DNA from: Vulcanimicrobiota bacterium
Lineage (GTDB): Bacteria; Vulcanimicrobiota; Vulcanimicrobiia; Eremiobacterales; Eremiobacteraceae
Length of the DNA: 64,000 nucleotides
Assembly (NCBI GenBank): GCA_963805945.1
Contig: CAWDVP010000003.1
Span: 64,001-128,000 of the forward strand
Direction of reading: 5' to 3'
The position numbers and the translations under genes are program-made. The notes under the pieces are model-generated. The model had not been told where the DNA came from. It did not search any database and saw only the letters and a list, made by a program, of their open reading frames with translations. Positions 58,914 to 64,000 of the stretch are shown one piece after another. Each line of letters opens with the position of its first letter. Position 1 is the first letter of the stretch.

Positions 58914-59684
58914 TTACGCGGTCGGTGCCGCGGGAGCCGCCGTCGCGCTGCCCGTGAGCAGGCTGTAGAAGCGCATGCTGGCGAGCGTGGCGTACGCGCC
59001 GACGAGCGCACCCACAGCCAGGCCGATGATGTTGCCGAGCAGCGGTATCATGCCGAGCACGGCGTTGATGATGCCCGAGGCGACGCCGACCACGATGAAT
59101 CCTAAGAAGAGCATCGCGGTCGGGCCGAAGTTCTCGCGCGAGAGCTTGATGGACGCGCTGATCGCGCCGGTGCCGCTCTCGTTCCCCATCATGATGTAGG
59201 GCAGGCAATACAGGCAGAACAGTCCGATCAGGATCGGCACGATCACCGTCCAACCCAAGAGGCAGATCACGAGCGCAGCGATGATGCCGAAGACCAGCAG
59301 CGGTCCCAGCTTCGCCATCGCCTTGTTGAAGCCGCCGCTGATATCTGGATCGCCGCCGCCCCACATGGGCGCTGCGGCCGCGTACGCCCAGCCGTAGGTG
59401 AACATGCCGATGCCGAAGGCGACGAGCACGCCGACCAAGACGAGCAATCCGCCGAAGCCCAAGAGCGCAGGCAGGATCGCGGCGGGCGACATGTGGCCGG
59501 AGGCGCCGCCGTACATCGCAGCGGCGATGGACGGACCGAGCGCCAGGACGAAGGTGAGGCCGACCACGGCCACGGCCACGAGCGTGCCGATCAGCAACGG
59601 CACGGCCAGCATCCAGTTCTTCTTCTGGAAGAGCAATGAAAACGTTTTCGTGAGCTCAGCGACGGCATCGAATGAAGCGGTCAT
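58914..59684 (-). CDS. multi-TM membrane protein, paralogue of 54762..55531
   Basis: [28 protein letters not shown]...NW; several TM helices. Confidence 0.72.
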   Translation of the reverse strand: MTASFDAVAELTKTFSLLFQKKNWMLAVPLLIGTLVAVAVVGLTFVLALGPSIAAAMYGGASGHMSPAAILPALLGFGGLLVLVGVLVAFGIGMFTYGWAYAAAAPMWGGGDPDISGGFNKAMAKLGPLLVFGIIAALVICLLGWTVIVPILIGLFCLYCLPYIMMGNESGTGAISASIKLSRENFGPTAMLFLGFIVVGVASGIINAVLGMIPLLGNIIGLAVGALVGAYATLASMRFYSLLTGSATAAPAAPTA

Positions 59685-59863
59685 CGTCATCTCCTCGACG
59701 GACGGGAAAATTGGCCGCGCCTCAGATGTCTGTGCGACGTCGGCGGCTGGATGGGCCGTTCGCGCGGCAGGAGGTTTCCCCTTTGTCACACCCCGGGCCG
59801 GGAATCGCTCCGGTATCCCGCAGAATGGAAACAATCCCAAACATAGATGTGCGGAGCAACACT

Positions 59864-60646
59864 GTGACCGACGAACTGGTCGTGGCCGGACGCGCCTTCC
59901 AATCGCGTCTCATCGTAGGCACCGGAAAATTCTCGAGCCCCGAAGTCATGGCAGACGCGCTCGCCGCGGCGCAGACGCAGCTCGTCACGGTCGCGCTGCG
60001 GCGCGTCGATCTCGACGCGCCGGCGAATCCCATCACCGATTTCATCGACCGCGATCGCTATCTCATCATGCCGAACACCTCGGGCGCCGCTGACGCGGCC
60101 GAAGCGGTCCGGCTCGCGCGCTTGGCGCGCTCCGCCGGATTGCCGACGTGGATCAAGGTCGAGGTGATCCCCGATCCGCGCTACCTCATGCCGGACCCGA
60201 TCGAGACGCTCAAGGCGTGCGAGCAGCTCGTCGCCGATGGCTTCACCGTCTTGCCGTACATCCAGGCGGATCCGGTGCTTGCCAAGCGGCTTGAAGAGGT
60301 CGGCGTCGCCGCCGTCATGCCGCTCGCCGCGCCGATCGGCTCCGGCCGGGGTATGAAGATGGAGACGGCGATCGCGATCATCATCGAGCAGGCGACCGTG
60401 CCCGTGGTCGTGGACGCCGGACTCGGCGTGCCGTCGCACGCAGCGGCCGCCATGGAGATGGGTGCGGATGCGGTGCTCGTGAACACCGCCATCGCCGCCG
60501 CCGCGAATCCCGCGAAGATGGCGCGCGCCTTCGCTCTCGGCGTCGAAGCCGGGCGCAGCGCGTGGCTCGCGGGAAGATCCCCCGAATTGTCGACCTCATC
60601 GGCGTCGAGCCCGCTCACCGGGTTTCTCGGCTCGCCGCAGCGCTGA
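59864..60646 (+). CDS. thiG: thiazole synthase
   Basis: [43 protein letters not shown]. Confidence 0.95.
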   Translation: MTDELVVAGRAFQSRLIVGTGKFSSPEVMADALAAAQTQLVTVALRRVDLDAPANPITDFIDRDRYLIMPNTSGAADAAEAVRLARLARSAGLPTWIKVEVIPDPRYLMPDPIETLKACEQLVADGFTVLPYIQADPVLAKRLEEVGVAAVMPLAAPIGSGRGMKMETAIAIIIEQATVPVVVDAGLGVPSHAAAAMEMGADAVLVNTAIAAAANPAKMARAFALGVEAGRSAWLAGRSPELSTSSASSPLTGFLGSPQR

Positions 60647-60651
60647 ACGCC

Positions 60652-61786
60652 ATGGGGTTCTCCAGCGAATACGATCCGGCCGTCGTCGCCGAACTGCTCG
60701 TGCGCAACAATCGCGCCTCGACAGGACGCGGTGCTCGCCGCGGCGCGCGGCGGTGCGCCGACCCCCGAGCGCGCAGCCGCGTTGCTGTCGCCCGCTTCCG
60801 ACGATGTGCTGGAGGAGCTCGCCGCGCTCGCGCACGCGTCGACCGCGGCGCGCTTCGGCAAGACGATCGGGCTCTACGCGCCGCTCTACCTCTCGAACGA
60901 ATGCGTCTGCACGTGCACGTACTGCGGCTTCTCGATGGGCCTGCCCATCAAACGCCGCACCCTGCGCATCGACGAGGTCGTGCGCGAGGCGCGCACGCTC
61001 GCGCAGCGCGGCATCCGCAACATCCTGCTCGTCTCGGCCGAACATCCCAAGCACGTCGGCGTCGAATACGTGGCGCAGACGGTGCGCGAGACGAAGCTGA
61101 TCGCCCCCTATGTCGCGCTGGAGATCGCCGCGGCAGATGAAGATGATTACCGCCGCTATGTCGCCGCCGGCTGCGACGGCATCGTGCTGTACCAAGAGAC
61201 CTACGATCCGGTCGCGTACGCCGCCCACCATCTCGGCGGCCCGAAGAAGCGCTTCGCGTGGCGCCTGGACGCTCCCGAGCGGGCGTCGCGCGCCGGCGTG
61301 CGCCACCTCGGCATCGGCGCGCTGCTCGGCTTGTCGGACTGGCGGCACGAGGCGCTCGCGCTCGTGATGCACGCGCGTTGGCTCGAGCGGCACTGCTGGC
61401 GCTCGCAGATCAACGTGTCGCTGCCGCGGATCAATCATGCGGAGGGCGGCTACGTGCCAAAGCACGCGGTCGATGACCGCGATTTCGTGCATTTCCTCAT
61501 CTTCTTGCGTTTGGCGCTGCCGACGGCGGGCATCTCGCTCTCGACGCGCGAGACCCCCGAGATGCGCGAGCGTCTGGTGCCGCTGGGCGTGACCTTGATG
61601 AGCGCCGGGTCGAGCACCGAGCCGGGCGGCTACGGCGAGCCCGGTGCGGCAGGTGAGCAATTCGAGCTCGAGGATCTGCGCTCGCCCGCGGAAGTCGCCG
61701 CGCGGCTGCGCGCGCTCGGCTACGATCCCGTCTACAAGGATTGGGAGATCATGGCGCCGGCGGTGCACGAGGCGGCGGCTGGATGA
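60652..61786 (+). CDS. thiH: 2-iminoacetate synthase (radical SAM); apparent 1-nt frameshift near 60720
   Basis: YAPLYLSNECVCTCTYCGF, YQETYD, LSTRE, SAGSSTEPGGY. Confidence 0.9.
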
Positions 61787-61992
61787 GCGCGGTGACGTTC
61801 TCCGCCAACGGCAAACGGCGCAGCGCGGATGCGGGCACGACCGTCGCGGAGCTGTTGGCCGCGGCAAAGCTCGAGCCGATGCAGGTGTTCGTGGAGTACA
61901 ACGGCGAGCCGCTTGAACGCGACCGCTTCGGCACGACGACGCTCGCCGAAGGCGACGCGATCGAGATCGCGCAGATGGTCGGAGGTGGATAG
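61783..61992 (+). CDS. thiS: thiamine sulfur carrier
   Basis: NG...VEYNGE...GDAIEI..MVGGG. Confidence 0.9.
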   Translation: MSAVTFSANGKRRSADAGTTVAELLAAAKLEPMQVFVEYNGEPLERDRFGTTTLAEGDAIEIAQMVGGG

Positions 61993-61993
61993 C

Positions 61994-62659
61994 GTGGCGA
62001 CGGTCTCGCGGCGCCTCGACGCCATCGCGCTCTATCTCGTCATGGGGCCGCCGCGCGCGCCGGTGCGCGATCTTCTAGCGGCCGCCATCGATGGCGGCGT
62101 CGGCATGGTGCAACTGCGCGACAAGGCGCTTGCGGACCGCGACCTCGTCGCGCTCGCCGCCGCCTGTGCGACGTTCTGCCGCGAGCGCGGCGTGCCGTTC
62201 ATCGTCAACGATCGCGCGGACATCGCGCTCGCCGCGGGCGCCGACGGCGTGCACGTGGGGCAAGACGACCTGCCGGTGGAAACGGCCCGCGCGCTGCTCG
62301 GACCGCAGCGCATCATCGGCGTCTCCACGCACACGCCGCAGCAGATCGATGCCGCGCGGGCGACGAGCGCCGACTACATCGGCGTCGGCCCGATCCACGA
62401 AACGCCCACGAAGCCCGGCGTGGCTGCGGTGGGCACCGATCTCGTCCGCTACGCCGCCGCGCACGCGGGCCAGCCGTTCTTCGCGATCGGCGGCCTCGAC
62501 CCGGCCAACGTGGCCGAGACCATCGCCGCGGGTGCCTCGCAAGTGTGCGTGCTGCGCTGGGTCACGCAGGCGGCTGATCCACGCCGCGCGGCGCGCGAGA
62601 TGCGCGACGCGATGCAGGCGGCGACGCGCTCCATGCCGGACGCCGCGTCGGCCCGCTAG
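61994..62659 (+). CDS. thiE: thiamine-phosphate synthase
   Basis: VQLRDK, IVNDRAD, GVHVGQDD, GVSTH, TPTK, AIGG. Confidence 0.93.
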   Translation: MATVSRRLDAIALYLVMGPPRAPVRDLLAAAIDGGVGMVQLRDKALADRDLVALAAACATFCRERGVPFIVNDRADIALAAGADGVHVGQDDLPVETARALLGPQRIIGVSTHTPQQIDAARATSADYIGVGPIHETPTKPGVAAVGTDLVRYAAAHAGQPFFAIGGLDPANVAETIAAGASQVCVLRWVTQAADPRRAAREMRDAMQAATRSMPDAASAR

Positions 62660-62670
62660 CACTTGACGCC

Positions 62671-63249
62671 ATGAAGAAGATCGACGAAGCGCTCGCCAAG
62701 CGGCTGCCGCCCGGACAGTACGCCGTACGAGATTTTCCGGTGCTGCACGTCGGCGCGGTGCCGGCCTTCGATCCGAAGACCTGGCGCTTTCGCGTCTTTG
62801 GATCCGTCGACAACCCGTTTGAATTGGATTGGGAACGATTCACCGCGCTGCCCACGAAGACGGTGCGCACCGACATCCACTGCGTGACGCGCTGGACGAA
62901 GTTCGACACGACCTGGACGGGCGTGCCGTTCTCGGAGATCGCGAGACTCGCCCGCGTGCGATCCTCGGCGAAGTTCGCGGTCACGCTCGGCGCCAACGAG
63001 TACAGCGCGAATCTGCCGCTCGAGGTCGCCCTCGGCGACGACGTGTTGTTCGCGTATCTCTATGAAGGCAAACCGCTCGAGCCGATCCATGGCGGTCCGA
63101 TGCGCATGTTCGTGCCGGCCCGTTATTTCTGGAAGAGCACCAAGTGGTGCGATGGGGTGGAGTTCAGCGACGAGGACAAGCCCGGCTTCTGGGAGCAACG
63201 CGGCTACCACAACGACGGGGATCCGTGGCGGGAAGAGCGCTACTGGTAG
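62671..63249 (+). CDS. sulfite-oxidase-like molybdopterin oxidoreductase
   Basis: RLPPGQ, DIHCVTRW, HGGPMR, YFWKSTKW, GFWE..GYH. Confidence 0.88.
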   Translation: MKKIDEALAKRLPPGQYAVRDFPVLHVGAVPAFDPKTWRFRVFGSVDNPFELDWERFTALPTKTVRTDIHCVTRWTKFDTTWTGVPFSEIARLARVRSSAKFAVTLGANEYSANLPLEVALGDDVLFAYLYEGKPLEPIHGGPMRMFVPARYFWKSTKWCDGVEFSDEDKPGFWEQRGYHNDGDPWREERYW

Positions 63250-63456
63250 TTACGGAGCGGTCGTACCGGACTCGAATTCGGGCGGCCGGTTGGGGCTCGC
63301 CGGTTCGCGCTCGGCGACGGTGAATCCGGCCTCGAGCGCAGTGCGCTCGCAGGTCTCGCAGACCTTGACCGTATCGACGCGGCGCGGCTCGTGCCGGTGG
63401 GCGAATGAGTGGAGGCCGAGGTTCTTCTGGCTCCCACAGAAGGCGCATCGTGACAT
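63250..63456 (-). CDS. small putative Zn-ribbon protein
   Basis: MSRCAFC...CETC, 68 aa. Confidence 0.55.
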   Translation of the reverse strand: MSRCAFCGSQKNLGLHSFAHRHEPRRVDTVKVCETCERTALEAGFTVAEREPASPNRPPEFESGTTAP

Positions 63457-63505
63457 TTCGCCTATATGACCGGATTTTCGCCCGGACGTTACAAAGAGAG
63501 CGGGC

Positions 63506-64000
63506 ATGCGAGCCGGCACTCCTACCCTAGTCGCAGCCATCGTCTGCGCAGCAGCGGCGACGTTCTTCGTGCTCCGGCCGTTCCAGGCAGCACTGCACGG
63601 CTGGCAGTTCGCGGTCGCCGCGGCGCTTGTCGGCGCGGTGCTGCTCCTGCAGGGCATCGCGGGCCTGCGCCCGCTCACCGACGAGGAACGTTTCGCGGCG
63701 CTCGGCGCGTTGGGCGGCGCTCTGCTGTGCGCGGCGATGGTCGCCGCAGCGTTCGCAGTCGGGCCGCCGCACGAGATCGCCGGTGCGCCCGGCCAAGCGA
63801 CCTCGGTGATGCCCGGGGCCAGCGTCTTCGTGGACTACCCGGCCGCGGCGGACGCGATGTTCGTACCGGGAGCCGCGCTCGTTCCCGTCGCCGTCGTCGC
63901 GGGCAACACGCGCAGCGAGTTGAACGACGGCGACCAGATGAAGGTGGGCCAGTACGTGCTGCGCGCCGAAGCTGGGCCGATGGCAAAGGTCCGCGCGACG
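63506..64000 (+). CDS. membrane protein, truncated by the window end
   Basis: open frame from ATG 63506 (MRAGTPTLVAAIVCAAAATFFV...) with about 3 hydrophobic segments. Confidence 0.6.
   Translation, partial: MRAGTPTLVAAIVCAAAATFFVLRPFQAALHGWQFAVAAALVGAVLLLQGIAGLRPLTDEERFAALGALGGALLCAAMVAAAFAVGPPHEIAGAPGQATSVMPGASVFVDYPAAADAMFVPGAALVPVAVVAGNTRSELNDGDQMKVGQYVLRAEAGPMAKVRAT

Overview
High-GC bacterial chromosomal window with diderm features (TonB, LolA-like protein, a beta-barrel, lipoproteins). The mixed gene affinities and many Pro-rich beta-propeller lipoproteins suggest an Eremiobacterota/WPS-2-like soil organism, but that is a low-confidence guess. Most of the window is housekeeping and metabolism: cysK, trxB, pepP, nth/mutY, 2-oxoacid:ferredoxin oxidoreductase, glcDEF, moaDE, sod, fabI, class I aldolase, FNR and thiG-thiH-thiS-thiE. 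Main points of interest: (1) a REP-associated tyrosine transposase (RAYT) flanked by 2+2 GTAG REPs, with 13 copies of that REP across the window and two further hairpin families, some overlapping coding sequence or supplying stop codons; (2) five paralogous beta-propeller lipoproteins, four clustered with a near-invariant N-terminus, and four sharing an upstream 11-mer ATGATGAGGAG; (3) a PaaX-regulated, short-BoxB aromatic-CoA epoxidase cluster with no boxA; (4) a Clp ATPase with a Zn-finger plus hydrophobic helix at its N-terminus. Many genes, especially at 17-21.8 kb, carry short indel frameshifts that look like sequencing or assembly errors. No rRNA, tRNA or CRISPR array was recognised.
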